Origin: Camelus ferus
Lineage: Eukaryota
Direction: 5' to 3'
Length of the DNA stretch: 64,000 nucleotides
NCBI RefSeq assembly: GCF_009834535.1
Contig: NC_045697.1
Span: 60,948,001 to 61,012,000 of the forward strand
Positions 39,995-53,400 of the stretch are shown piece after piece. The position numbers and the translations under genes were made by a program. The notes under the pieces were generated by a model that worked only from the letters and a program-made list of their open reading frames with translations, made no database searches and was not told where the DNA came from. How positions within the stretch are numbered: position 1 is the stretch's first letter; every line of letters starts with the position of its first letter.

Positions 39995-41600
39995 ATTCAT
40001 TCATTTGTTCAATGACTTCTTATTGATCACCTCCTATGTTCCAAGCACTGTTCTAGGTGTCAGAATAAAAGAGACAAAAATCCTTATAGCATCTATATTC
40101 TAGTTGAAAGAGGTAGAAAAAGAAAAAACAATTAAGTGTAATGAATAGGTAAGTTCTACAGTGTATTAGAAAGAAATAGATTCTATAATATAAAAGAAAT
40201 TGGTGCAGAATAAGAGGTATAGGGAATGTTGGAGATGAGGTGGATAGTCAAAACAGGCAGGCCTCACTGAAGAAAATGACATGTCAGTTTGAAAAGTTGA
40301 GACAGGTGGAAAGGTAGAAAGCAATTTCAGGAAGAGGGGGAAAGGGAAGACCTTATATGAGATGTTTGCTAGATAGTAATGAAGTCAGTTTGATAGGCAC
40401 AGAGTCAGTAAACAAGAGGAGTTAAAGAGAAGGCAGGATTGAAGAGGTCAGATCATATAGTGCCTTCTAAAATGCCACATGAACTTTGGCTATGACTGAG
40501 TGTGAAAGAAGAAGCCGTGGAGGAATTACTGTTCTGAACCTCTGGAAAGATGGAATTCTCATCAACACTGATGAAAAAGTTTGTGGGAGAAGCAGAGTTT
40601 TGAGTGGTGGAGTATAGTTCAGTATTGGACATGCTGTGTCTGAGATGTCTGTTACAGACATCTGGGTAGAGGTGCCAAAGTAGGCAGACTGATATTAGCC
40701 TGTATTTCAGGAGAATGGTATACCCTGGAGGTGAACATTTGAGAATAAGCATACAATATGTACACCCATTATAGGGGGATGAAATTAACAAAGGAGTAAG
40801 TATAAATCAGTGTACAAGGAGACTAAAGAGAGAGTCCTGAATCACTGTCATGAAAGGATCAGGCAGGGAAAACCAGAAAAAAAGAGTCTGAGAAGAAATA
40901 AATTGAAGAAGTTAGAAAAACCTGAAATACAGGAGAAGAAAAGAAGGGAGAGTAATCAACGAACATGCCATGGGTTTTCTATTAAGATGAGGACCAAGAA
41001 ATGACTTTATATCTATCAGCATGGAAGTCACTGGTCAAATCGACAAGATGGGTTTGAAAAGGGGACAGATGACTAATTTGCATGGGTTTAAAAGAGATTA
41101 GGAGGAAAAAATTAGGACAGTAAGTATAATCAACTCTTTCAAAGAATTTTGCTCTAAGTGTGAGCATAAATGTAAAGAAATAACTAGAGGAGGAATGCAA
41201 ATGAAGATAAAATTTTTTAAGATGGGCAAAAAGGTAGAATGTTTCTCTGTTAATAAAGTTGATCCAGAAGAGACCAAAGAAACGATGATCCTAAAAAGGA
41301 GAGCAATTGCTGAAGGGCTGACCTTGAGTTGACTAGAGTAGACAAACTATTGCACAATTGAAGGATTAGCTGGAGACTGAAGCAAGGAGAGTTCATTTAC
41401 TATTATCAGGATAAAAAACTGAGTTAATAGATACAGATGATACAGGAAAATAAATGTGAATGTGGAAATTGGTGGGCATGTTTTGATTTGCTTTATATTC
41501 TTTAGACAAGTAAAAAGCAAATTCAACAGCTGAGAGTAAGGATGAGTGACAGATGTTGAAGTTTGAAAGAGGATAAGCCATGTAATAGCTCTAGAGGGTG
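39995..41600 (-). mobile_element. L2 LINE, ~1.6 kb
   Basis: ATTCATTCATTTGTTCAA..TATTGATCACCTCCTATGTTCCAAGCACTGTTCTAGG 3' end followed by a long purine-rich L2 body. Confidence 0.85.
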
Positions 41601-43307
41601 TGTGGATGAGAGAAATGTATTATTATTGCTAGGCAGAATTAAGAACATATTCAAATTAATGGTAATAAAACTAAAAGGAGAGCTGTCACCTCTGTGGTCC
41701 TTCTGTAGAAGTTCTCAGAAAAGCCATTGGGGGAATATTGTTCTCACATGGCAGAAATCCCCTAGTGAAGGAGAGAATGTAGTGCTAAAATGGAAATCAG
41801 TTAGAACCTGGTCCATGCTCAGGAACTATTTTGGGTCCATGGTAATATTTTAACTGTGACCACTGCTGGTCATATTTAGAGCACTGAATATGCACCAGGT
41901 GTTAAGCGAGACTTTAGATTTAATAATTCATACTATACAACAAAATTACAAAACAAAAATAAATACATCTATTTTTAGACTAGTGAACTGACATTTAGAG
42001 GAATTTAGTAACTTGCCTACGCTCAAGCTTGTAAAATCAAGGTCTTAAGATTTAAATCTATGCAGTAACTTTATCTCTCACTTCCCAACAACTTTGTGAA
42101 GAATATATTTCCATTTTACAAATAGCTTTCAGAAACCAATTAAGGGTCTGATTTTCTTCATTTAATTAGTCTAAAGCCATCTAAAACTTACTTACTCTAA
42201 GGTGATCCTTTGGTGTTTTGAATCCTGTAAATATCCTTCCTGTTTTGTAGAGATGTAATTCAGTTGCAATTAATCATTTATTAATTTTAAGTATTACTAT
42301 GGAATAATTTGGAGAATACATCCATATTTACATAAACTCCTTAAGAATTTTATTCATATCCCCTCTTGGTAAACACTTTCCCAACCTGAAAATCTGCAAA
42401 TTCAGTTTCTCTCTCTTCTATGTGTTCTTTCCAGGACGCAGTTATAACCTGACATTTCCTAATCTATTTCTTGCTGACCTTATAACCTTCAGTTTATCTC
42501 TTCCATCTTCCTTTCCTTAGAGTCCCTTCCTTGAAAATCAATCTCCATGTACCACACTTTGCAGAGTTCCTGCTACAACTTTCAGAAATAAAAGCTCACA
42601 ATTCCTTTATCTGCTGAAACTGCTCCATTTTCTTTGTTACCATCACTGTGACCCAACTAAGATCCTAAATTCCAGTATTAGGTATCACACTAACTAGCTT
42701 TTATGTGTACACTTAGCCTTTATCCTAAGCAGTGATTTATTTAGCATCTGCCATGTGCAAGGTAGTAGATATACATACATAAAATCACATGCTTCAATAT
42801 TACCAAATCAAAAATATTTTAACAGATGAAAGTCAAGAGATGAGATACTCATGCTAGAATTGGGTTTACAATTGACTTTTATGTTCTAAATTTAGCAACT
42901 CGGGTCAAAACCAAATAAATGAACAATTTCAAAAAATTTATAGTTGATATCATTTTCAAATTTAATATGAATTCTTCACTAAGGATGCAGAGAGTTTTTT
43001 CTTTATCATTAACTGTTTCTTCAGTTGGACACAAGAATGGCTTAAATGTGATGGTCAATCAGTGTGAAAAATAAGTATCTTTTTTATTCAGTATAGTGAG
43101 ATTTTCATGTGATGAAAACTACATGGGGATTGAGACTGACTGAGGAAAGAGCAGTTCATATCTATGCTCTTAGATTTATTGGAGGATAAGCAAATAAAGT
43201 AAGGCAGAATACCATGCATTGCATGCATTCTTACAGCTCTTTCCTTTTCTCTTATTCATGTATACATTTGTTTGTTTATACTAAGAGTTAAATTAAATTT
43301 GCCTATG

Positions 43308-43377
43308 AAGATCCTACTGTACAGCACAGGGAAATACATTGAAATATAGCCTATAATGAAAAAGAATATGAAAAGGA

Positions 43378-43431
<54 letters not shown>

Positions 43432-43511
43432 ATATATAAAACTGAATCACTATGTGGTACACCAGAAACTGACACAATATTGCAAACTGACAATACTTCA
43501 ATAAAAACAAA
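43308..43511 (+). mobile_element. 5'-truncated lineage-specific L1 3' end containing (TG)20
   Basis: CCTACTGTACAGCACAGGGAA...AACTGAATCACTATGTGGTACACCAGAAACT...TACTTCAATAAAA; 14-bp TSD TAAATTTGCCTATG / TAAATTTGACTATG; (TG)20 at 43381-43420. Confidence 0.9.
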
Positions 43512-46086
43512 TAAATTTGACTATGTTAAATGCACATATGATACTTCTATATAGGAATTTTATGTCTACAGGCACTCATGAAACTCAAATATAAAAGAGA
43601 CCCTAGACCTTTGCCACCATTAACAGTCAAAAACCAGTGTCTGATTCCAGTCCCATACTTTTGCTAAATATCCAGATTTATCTATCTTCACTTAGTTCTA
43701 AGATCATGATATCTGTTTTGATTATATAACAAGATATTTATGAAAACTTCTTATAAACTCTGAAGTTCTCTACAATTATAGAAGTATTGTCATGTTCTTC
43801 TAGGATGGATGTAATATTATTAGAAGCAGATGCAGTTTTTGTTTGTTTTTTGCCTTTATGTATAGGTATGAGGAATGTTTATAAATGGTACAGAACTCAT
43901 TCTTGGAGAAGGAAAAGAGTGCTTATGATCCCATTGATCAGAGTAGGAGTAAGAATATTGTCTTGTGTATAAAGATTACTTGTGTATGAATATGTGCTAG
44001 TAAAGTTACTAGGAAAGTTTAATCAGCCAGTTTAAACCACCTCTTAATCCCTGCCAGCATCTTACCCTTTACGCTGCTGTTTAATAGGAAAGCTCAGGCT
44101 TGTCAATAAAAGACATCACCACAATCAGTGATTCCCATGAAATGCTTGCTATCACACCAGCTGCCTAATCCAGTATTACTCCATTGACAATTCCATCTTC
44201 AAAGGAAAATGATAACAAATATTTGATTGAATTTAGATATCAATCCTTCCTAGCATGTCAGTTATAAATTGCAGAAGCTAAATTGTATGAATTTTCCAAA
44301 ATAACTTCAGTTTTCAATAAAAATGTCCACCTCAGAATTGATTTTGCTGGACTAAAACACCATCTTTTTACAAGTTATATTTCATCTTAGAAAATGATGC
44401 CATAAGAAATAAGATAAAAAGTACTAATTAAATTCAGCTTATATCTAAATTATGCCTTAAGCATGGAAATGTCTACTAAAAATGTTTCCTAATTTTTGAA
44501 ACTCTTTCTTTGGTTCTTATATTCTTCTAGCCTTTTTCCCTCAGCCTGCACTCAGGTAATTGTCTAAAATTCGCTCACATTAAGTTGTAAATTATTGAAA
44601 AACTATGTTGTTTCTATTGATTTTTTTAAGCTTAAAGTATTAAACTAAATAAAAGACTATCTAAAGGTGGAATTTTAAGGGGCAACCAATAGAATTATTA
44701 TCTACTATGCTGAGCAAAAACCCAATCTTTGTTGACTGGCTAGAACTTGCCAATGTTAATCTGCTAGAGAGTGTTGGTCATAGCAAACATATACAACAAG
44801 CCAATAACATTTGGTGATTGCATGAAAATTTACTAATATTGGATATTTTTAAGTAAAATAGTTGAATAAATAATGGAATGTACAACCTATGTCACATCAG
44901 TCATAAAATTGTCTTTTAATGTGTTGATTAAGAATATGGGACTTCAGAAAATCACTGGAAAGTCATTTATTACACTTGGCTAATTTTAATGACACAAATT
45001 TTTACTGCCCTTAACCAGTCTCATTTTGCAAATTTTCTTCTCAGTATCTCTATTCAGACTGCCAACATGGGTGCTAATTAACATCAATTTTGCTAGTAAT
45101 ATTTTTCTCCTCTTGGGGACTCAGTACAGCTGTTCACTAGGAACAGAAATGAGATGACCCCTGATTTCTGTGGACCAATGGACTGTGGTAATTGATTTTT
45201 AGTCATAGCTAATCCAGGCTAGTTTAGAATTCTGTAACTGGCTGTATATCCTATTAGCGATCTCATTAACCATCAAGCTTGCCTAAGGTGACAAGGAAAA
45301 CAACTCAATAGCACCAAACTCAGCCACCGTGGAAAATGAACTCACCTGCTGTGGAGTGACAAGACTCACCTGGGAGCCAGGCTTCTCTAACTGAAAATAT
45401 TTTCAAGAAGGTCTCTTCAAGCACTTAATGAAATGGAGTTTTCTTTATGACTTTCATTTAAAAATACATTGTGAAAGCCACTTGGCTCTTCTTTGCTCTT
45501 GCCAAGTATTGAATACCTGATTTCCAGACCCACAGCAGAGCTATAACTAATTTCAAATATTATGAAGGTGTGATTTCATTTCAGTTTATGGCAGCAAGTA
45601 TCCAGATTTGAAACTTGTTCATTGCAGAAGACAAGCAATATGATCACCTCAGTATACTGCTAATGGAAGCATTTAACAAAGCATTAGTGTCTGCTAAGAT
45701 GGCTAAAGTGTTGTTTTTAACATAAAAATGGAATTTTGACTTCTATGGGGGTAATGGATGAATAATTTTGAGTATGAAAAATGTTGGCCGCCTCTAAGAA
45801 ATCTTTACCTGAGTGCATTACCACCGAATCAGATAAATCATCACCATCAAAGACTTCCCAAACATCTCCCTATGGGGAGGAATATTCTGCAACTTCACAA
45901 TTTAGTCTAGAACCTTGGGAAACTCTTGATCTATTCTCTTTCTTCCCCGCGTCTTCTTTATCATTGAACACTGACATTTCTCCCTTCAAACCATCCAGTT
46001 TATTTTTTTCCCTGTGACTAAATTCCTTTTCATTTTGCCCCAGAATTATAGGCACCACCTCATGATTGTATTACCTGCCATAGGTC

Positions 46087-46253
46087 CAGTGGTGCCCCAC
46101 CAGGGTTTAGCCTGGGAAACTTTGAAAAATGTGGCTATCCAAGGTCCATTCAAAGAGCATAATGTTTAGTTGGTCTGTGGTACAGACCAGGCGTTAGGGT
46201 TTTTAAAAGCTCCCCATATGAGTCTAATATTCAGCCATGGCTGAGAGCTACTG
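46087..46253. mobile_element. MER5-like hAT MITE
   Basis: CAGTGGT...TTTTTAAAAGCTCCCCATATGAGTCTAATATTCAGCCATGGCTGAGAGCTACTG. Confidence 0.75.
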
Positions 46254-46464
46254 CATCTGATTTCTTTTCAGTATTGTCACCAAGAGTTATCACATCAGAA
46301 CTCTCACCAACTAAGGAACCAAGAGTGATCCTTAATTTGCTATAGTAATAGGGCAAAAATACCTGTTTGTTAAAGCCTATCTTTTTTTTAACCATGTCCC
46401 TAAGGACCTAATGCCTAATAATATTTCCACATATATCTCCCACATTTGTTTTCCCTGAGGCAGA

Positions 46465-47095
46465 TCTATGTTCATGAAGCAGCTTGACTTGTAGCAGCCA
46501 AAAACTGAAACCAGCCCAGATGTCCTTCAACAGATGAATGGTTAAATAATGGTCACATCCATACCATTGAATACTACTCAGTAGTGAAAAAGAACATATT
46601 GATATATGCAACAACTTGGATGAATCATCAAGGAGTTATACTGAGTGGTAGAAAGTCCAAAAGTTACATAGTGTACAATTCTATTTATATAATATTTTTG
46701 ATGTGAGAAAATTTTAGAAATGGAAGACAAATTAGTGGTTGCCAGGGGTTGGAAACAAGCAGAGAAAGTTGTGGGGAGAGGGAAGGAGAGGAGTTGGGAT
46801 ATGGTTATAAAAAAGTAAAACAGGGGACCCATTATGTTTGAGCTGTTCAGTACCTTGACTTTGGTGGTGGATATAGCAGCCTACATAGGTGATAAAATTA
46901 CATAGAACTTCACACACATGCATACACATACACAAACAACTAACTAATACTTGAAAATCTGAATAGAATTACACTGTATCAATGTCAATATTACCGTTCC
47001 AGAAATTGGGCAATTGTACAAGGCCTCTCTGTTATTTCTTAAAACTGTGTGTGAATCTGCTATTGAAATACTTTTTAAAATTCCAATTAAAAATT
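46465..47095 (+). mobile_element. L1MC/MD-type 3' end
   Basis: CCCAGATGTCCTTCAACAGATGAATGGTTAAATAA...TAGTGGTTGCCAGGGGTT...TGTGAATCTGCTATT. Confidence 0.85.
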
Positions 47096-47469
47096 AAAAT
47101 TTTAATTAAGTTATAATTTTGAACTAAAAAATTCCTACTCATTTTTTAAGGTCCAGCCACATACAATATTTTGCACACATTTTGTTCATTACTAAACGAC
47201 TTCTCTGGATAATTATCAAGGTTAAGAATAGTATATAGTATAAAATCTGTGTTATGTTAATAAAGGACAACCCCCTTTCTTTGATGTAGATTAAGCAATT
47301 GATAAACTGATATCAATTGATTAGTAAATTAAATATGTAAAGGGAAACATATGATAGATTTCGCTTACTTTTTTTCACAAAAAGAATCATCCACTTGCAG
47401 CTGGAGAAAGGGCACCTTGCTATACTTTCACCTTCTATGTTAATATACTTATTTCCTCTATTTTTAACC

Positions 47470-47875
47470 TCTTTTATTAAATTGAGGAACAATATGCATA
47501 CAGAAAAAAACCACAACATCCCAAAGATACAACTCAATAGACGTTTATAAACTGAGCTTTTACACATCCATGTAACTGGAACTCAGATCAAGAAACATAA
47601 CATAAGGAGTGATCCAGATTATTATCCATGCTCCCTTGTAGTCAGTACAACCCCCGGGGTGGCCACTATTGTTTTTAGGGAGTATATCATACAATATGCT
47701 TTGTGACTGGCTTTTTTTGTTCAACAGTGTTTGTTCAATTCATGAACATTGTGTGTGTTGTGCTGTATTGTATTGCATTGAATGAATTTCCACAATTTAT
47801 CCATTTTACTATTGATGGGCATTTGAGTAGTTTCTAGTTGTGGCTAGTATGGATGTTTCTATGAATACTTTAGTC
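47470..47875 (-). mobile_element. L1ME-like 3' fragment
   Basis: CACAATTTATCCATTTTACTATTGATGGGCATTTGAGTAGTTTCTAGTT. Confidence 0.7.
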
Positions 47876-49169
47876 TGTACCCTAATTAACACTTCCTGAA
47901 GACCAATTTGCTCCTCATCTTCATCCTTATTTCTTTTTAGAGATGCTAGGAAAATGACACTTCATTACATAAGCAAAAATGATCTTTTTCTGCAGACAGT
48001 AGAAAGTCAAGCAGATCTGAAAAAAAAATAATTCAGAGATTCATTTTTTAGTTTCCACTTTCAGGAGATATTTGACACCTAAGCCCTTAATTATCTTTTC
48101 AATTTCAACAGGTCATATGAGACAAAGCAGAAGCATAGACAGGAAAAATTCATAGACGTTAAGAATGATAGAGTTGCTTCGTGTTGGGTGGCACCAAGCA
48201 ACTCAATAGGGAATCCAGGAGGCTCTCCATTCCTTTATGAGGCATAGCTAATAAGATAAATAATCTATTTGTTCTGAAATTCATAAACAATGCAATTCCT
48301 ACCCAAAATAATTATAAAAATACAGTGGTTTGTTCCCCTAGGTCATGACTTCTTTCCTGACTTAGCACAGCTGATGCAACTGAGGGTCAGTTGCAAATGG
48401 CACTAATTAAAAACATTCATTTTGCATCTCTCTGCTTAACCTGTCCTAAAATTCAATAATAACCCTTCTGGCCTTGGTAGCCTAGCTGGTAATGGCATTT
48501 GGGGTTAGGTAGATGGATTAGGATTTGAATCTTGCAGAAGAGTGGAATTTATATTTAATATACATATGGAGGAAGAGTCCTTCAGTTAGAGAAATGCACA
48601 GAGGACAAGTGGAGGATGGGATATCATGATGCATGGTGTGTTAATATCCCATTGGGCATTTGGTTGGATGTGGTTGTGTTCAATAAGGGCAGAGTCTGAA
48701 AGGAGTAGCTTGGTCAAGTGCAAACATGTTGACATAACACTTTACAGAGTATCTTGCTTGTTCTGGAGGAGTGAGATGGGTGTAGCTCTCCTACCACATA
48801 GTGGCTGGGTGTCAGAGTCCCCACAAGGAGAACATTGTGCATCAACCCCTCTATAACTATCCTATCACCCATGGTTAATGGTGATGTTTTCCCTGAATGG
48901 ATTTCCTACAGAGGTACAATTATGGTAGATTGCAAGAAATGTCTGCCACTATTTGAAGAGGTTTTAATAGGTGTGACTCCCACACTTACCTACCAATCAG
49001 TTTGTACCATCACACCATTGGCTGGTGCCTACCAGCCCAGTGCTTGATCCAGCCATATTGAACCAGCTGTCTAATCCATAAGACATTAATAAGTTTTCCC
49101 CAACCAGTGAAACAGTGACCATTGGTCAGTCAACTACAAAAAAAAAAAGACATCTTTTTTTTGAAAATT

Positions 49170-50470
49170 CTCAGCAGAATGTGGCATAAATAGTATACTC
49201 ACACAGGCAAAAATGCCAGTGCTACAGTATAGTGGTTTTTGTTACCATTTCCTTTCCTTTAACAGAGATAGATGTGAAAGGTACTGGTGCTGTGATGAGA
49301 GGAGAATCTGCAGTGCCCAATGTACAACTAGTCAGGATTTGGATAACATTACAAAATCATTCAAGGTAAGACAGGAAGACATAAGCACAATTTGGTGTTG
49401 AAGGGAAAGTAAGGAAAATCCTGAGTAGGCCAAAATATACATACAGAAGAAGGTCCAAATGCAACACTATCACAGGTACTTGCAAGAACACTCCATAATA
49501 TTCATGATAAAGAGGTCCTGTTAATGCTATCAGAAAGAAAGTCATTAAAGAGGCAAAGTAAATAGGATTCAAAACAAATATCGACTTCCAAATCCAACAT
49601 CATTGCATGGAATTGAAATTCCAGAGAAGTATACAGTGTCCAGACTTGTAGAGCCACTTCTTATACAAGATTCCATTGCTGAAGATGACAAAAATGATAA
49701 GTTACCCAACTTATGGCAGTATTCAATATTTAAGTGTCAGTACCACATTATTCAATAATGGCACCTTCAAGCTGGCACCAGTGCAGTTCACTCATTTACT
49801 GTGCACGGAATAGTATGGGTTATACTATACCATTGATTTATGCACTAACAATGAAAAAGCAACAAGACATATATATATATAGATACATAGATGAGAAAGT
49901 ACTTGTATTTGCATGGGAAAGAAATCTTGACAGTAACCCTTCATTGTGCCTGATGATTTCAAGATTGCATATGTGAACATGACTTAAACACTCCTACCAA
50001 ATGCAAATGCACAAGTAAAAGGATGCTTTTTTTTTTAACTTTTCACTATCACTATGGTGAAAAATATCTTCTTTGGATCTAACCTGCGAGTATATGACGA
50101 TGGAAAGGAACACTTGTAAGTGTGCACCCACGTTGAGACTTCCATTTGTGCCTTTGGAAGATGTAAATGAAGCTTGAGTACATTGTGGAGAGTGCAGAAA
50201 AATTAGATGACCTACTAAATTATGCTGAGAGAATGTGTCTCTGTGGAAGGCATGGCAGAGACAAAACAAGACCAGTAACTCCAAGATTTCCACCAGAAAC
50301 TTGGATTCTTTATATATTAGTACTGAACATGATCACGGAATGATTGATTTAGTGAATGGTGGGCATAGCAAATTTCAAAAGCTTATGGTAGTGCATGATC
50401 TTTTAATTTGGAGATTTATTGAAGTGTTAAAAGACCAACAGTAAAGCAATGAACAAGTTATCACCCAGGT
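49170..50470 (+). pseudogene. Fossil Mutator-like (MULE) transposase with N-terminal FLYWCH zinc finger
   Basis: Colinear motifs across frameshifts: PVLQYSGFCY...RYWCCDERRICSAQCTT; KSLKRQ-VNRIQ..PNPTSLHGIEIPEKY; LFNNGTFKLAPVQF; TVHG..YTIPLIYALT; DFKIAYVN; VKGCFF..SLW*KI; LPFVPLEDVNEA; PRFPPETW; LVNGGHSKFQK...IWRFIEVLKDQQ. Confidence 0.88.
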
Positions 50471-53400
50471 TCTAAACTCTCTGTCAGGCAGTCCAACGCC
50501 TCACTCCCACCTAAAAAGACCCTGGGGACAGTAAATGTACAATAAGTGCTAAAAGCCTGATTTAACAACCAAAAACAAACTACTTTTATGTAATGACTAT
50601 ATTTCTGTGCTTTGTATTAGCTTATCCCAACCAGAGTAACGATTGAGTAAAAAAGTACCCTCACGTCCTTTAAACATTGAACTACTATCCTCATAGCTAG
50701 ACTTTTGCGCAGGCTAGTTCCTGCTCATAGGAATTCTAATCTGCGAGCAACTTTGATCCTTTGAACCTATCCAGATTCAGTTTTACTTTAAAAACATGTG
50801 CTTATCAATAAATTTAGATACGTATTTATATCAATTTGAAAATGATTTTCCTCCATCTTGAAAACTGTCTGTAAAATAAATATTCCATGTCATTCTTTCA
50901 AGTCTCTTTGAAGAGATTTCTCTATATTTCAAACACTTTCACTGTCTCAGTTCAAGCCTTGAAATTGCTATCAATTGCATTAATAGGATTTCAGTCAGTG
51001 AAAGGAGGTCAGAATCCATGTAGCACAATAAAGAGTTAATTCATAGTTATCAACATAAGATGTTTCAGTTTTATGTTAATATACATATCCTCCAGGATAA
51101 ATGACTTCAAGGCTGCTCTTTAGAACTAAAACCACTTTGCATATCATACAGTACCTTGTAAACAGCACGACTGTAATGGAGAATTGGGAAACCGAATGAA
51201 ATACTCTGTTTATGTTTGAAGTTCCATATTACTAATGCAGAGAGTTTCTACTAATCCCTGAAAAAATTGTGCATTTTTTGAAGTTGATTGAGTTAAAAAT
51301 TAGTCATTAGAATAGACAAATATTTATAAGATTTTTTTTTTTGGTTTTGACTACAAAGAAAAAATGTATCAACTTGACAATGATGAAATGTGAGGAATCA
51401 AGGCAAATGTACTTGCAATGCAGAAAAATAAATCCTAGGGATTCAAATAAATAACACTGGAGAAAAGGAAACAGCTTGAAAGCTCCTGGTTAGGTTTTGG
51501 TCACAGTAAAAAGAAAATCAGAATTCTCTTTGCCCTTCATTTCTTTAGAGAATAAGTTTAAAAGGTAAAGTTTGAACTAAAAAGATGCCTCTTGGTTTAA
51601 GGGCCCAGTAATAAAAAGCACTCCCCTTTCTAAATTTTGCTCAAAATCATAGTTCTTTTAAATCTCTTTTTACCCTCTGAGCTCCATTAGAGCTTTCTTG
51701 TAGAAACCATGTTGTTGACAATTTGAGTTCCTAAAATGAATTTCTATGAGCAGAATTTTGAGACTATGTATTTATACTTACACTTCGTAATAATGTTATT
51801 TATATTTGCACTTTGATTATAAGTGGTTTTCACCAATCAATGCTGTTAATAGTCATAGTTGAAAGCACACACTATTGAAACTGTATTTGATAATATAACA
51901 TTGCCCCAGCTGAAGTTGAAGAGGGATTTGATACCTTAACAAGCCCCAAGCCCCAATTCAAAGTAACATTTACAGTTATATTTGACTTTAGTATGTGTGT
52001 ATATATGCATATATAATAAATTACATATTATATTTAATATGTTATACTAAACATAAATCTGAGGTAAAGTTAGAAATCATTTTATCTGTATCCTGCTCTC
52101 CACATAAGCCTATATTCCAAGTCTTTATATGTGAATTTAAAATATATATATATAACATATGTATCATAATAATTTTACATTTTCATAAAAGTAATCTAAT
52201 GATAAAATTATCAATTTGCCCTTCTATTTGATTACACACATAGAAGATATCTTTCTTATAGAGAATTATTTTCCTTGCTATTAATATTTGATATGCAAAT
52301 TAAATATAATAACTTCGAAAAACCATTTTCCTTTATGATACTCAGAACCCAGCTGATAACCTAGAAGAAAGAATTCAGGAATCTGTTTAATTTTAAATAT
52401 TTTTATTTTACAAATGTTTGAAGACAGTTATCCCATTTACTGGTTGACTGTATTATTGTAAATGGAATATGAAATATTATTCAATAATTAGTATTCATCC
52501 TACTTATTTCATATTTACTAAACACCCTGATAAACATGATGCAACCTCAGGATTAGATTAAATCTAATCTAAAGCTTTTTGAGAGCCATTGTAAAATATG
52601 TTAATGTCTACAGAGGAATTTTGTTTCATAGGTGCAAAGTTAACATCATCGATTGCTAACATTCTCATCACGTTTTCAGGTAGTATCAGTATAATATAAC
52701 TCACCAATAGCTTTACTAAAGCTCCAACTTTGTATCATATTCCAAACCATGTAAGATGATTTTCATATGAAATTATCTAGGGAATTGTTTTCCAATTGTT
52801 ACCTGCCAAACTACTCTTTAGCTGAAAATAAAAATGTAGGTACAAGATGCTTTTAAATTCACTTACAGACTAACAACCTTAAAATCCTGGGGTCTTGCAG
52901 AGCGTTTTCTTTTACTATTTTAGGTGTGTTTCTTCTAAAACTAACAAATTGAAATAAAGCATTCTTGATCCTGAAGTTAAGTGCCCATATGACATATTTT
53001 CGCAGATGAAGAAAGAAGACATATGGAAGAATGTCTCTTAGAGAATTTCAAGTCAACCTAATATCTCTAAGGATAAGGTTTTTAAATTTCTGATCTCACT
53101 ATAAGACATCTAAAAAGCATATGTACATAAGTCATTATTCATAATATGAAAAACATATTTATGCTACTGAAATATATTAGTTACAGAAATGCTCTCTATA
53201 AGCTAGTCTAAATTATTATGTAATGTTAATGCCCCAGTGGAAATGTCTTTCAGGTAAAATTTGAATGGTTCTATACAACAATTATATAAGCTAAATGAGG
53301 CCAGAATGGCTAAAATACTTAAAAAAAAACAACTACTTATTTCAGAATTTGTGAACACATGAGAACTAATGAATAGTCAGAAAGCTTCCTTATTCTCATT

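Noticed and set aside
49213..50444. Possibility that the MULE is a functional domesticated gene
   Set aside because: Multiple stops and frameshifts, an (AT)n run, and substitutions at catalytic positions; no evident splice sites that would bypass them.
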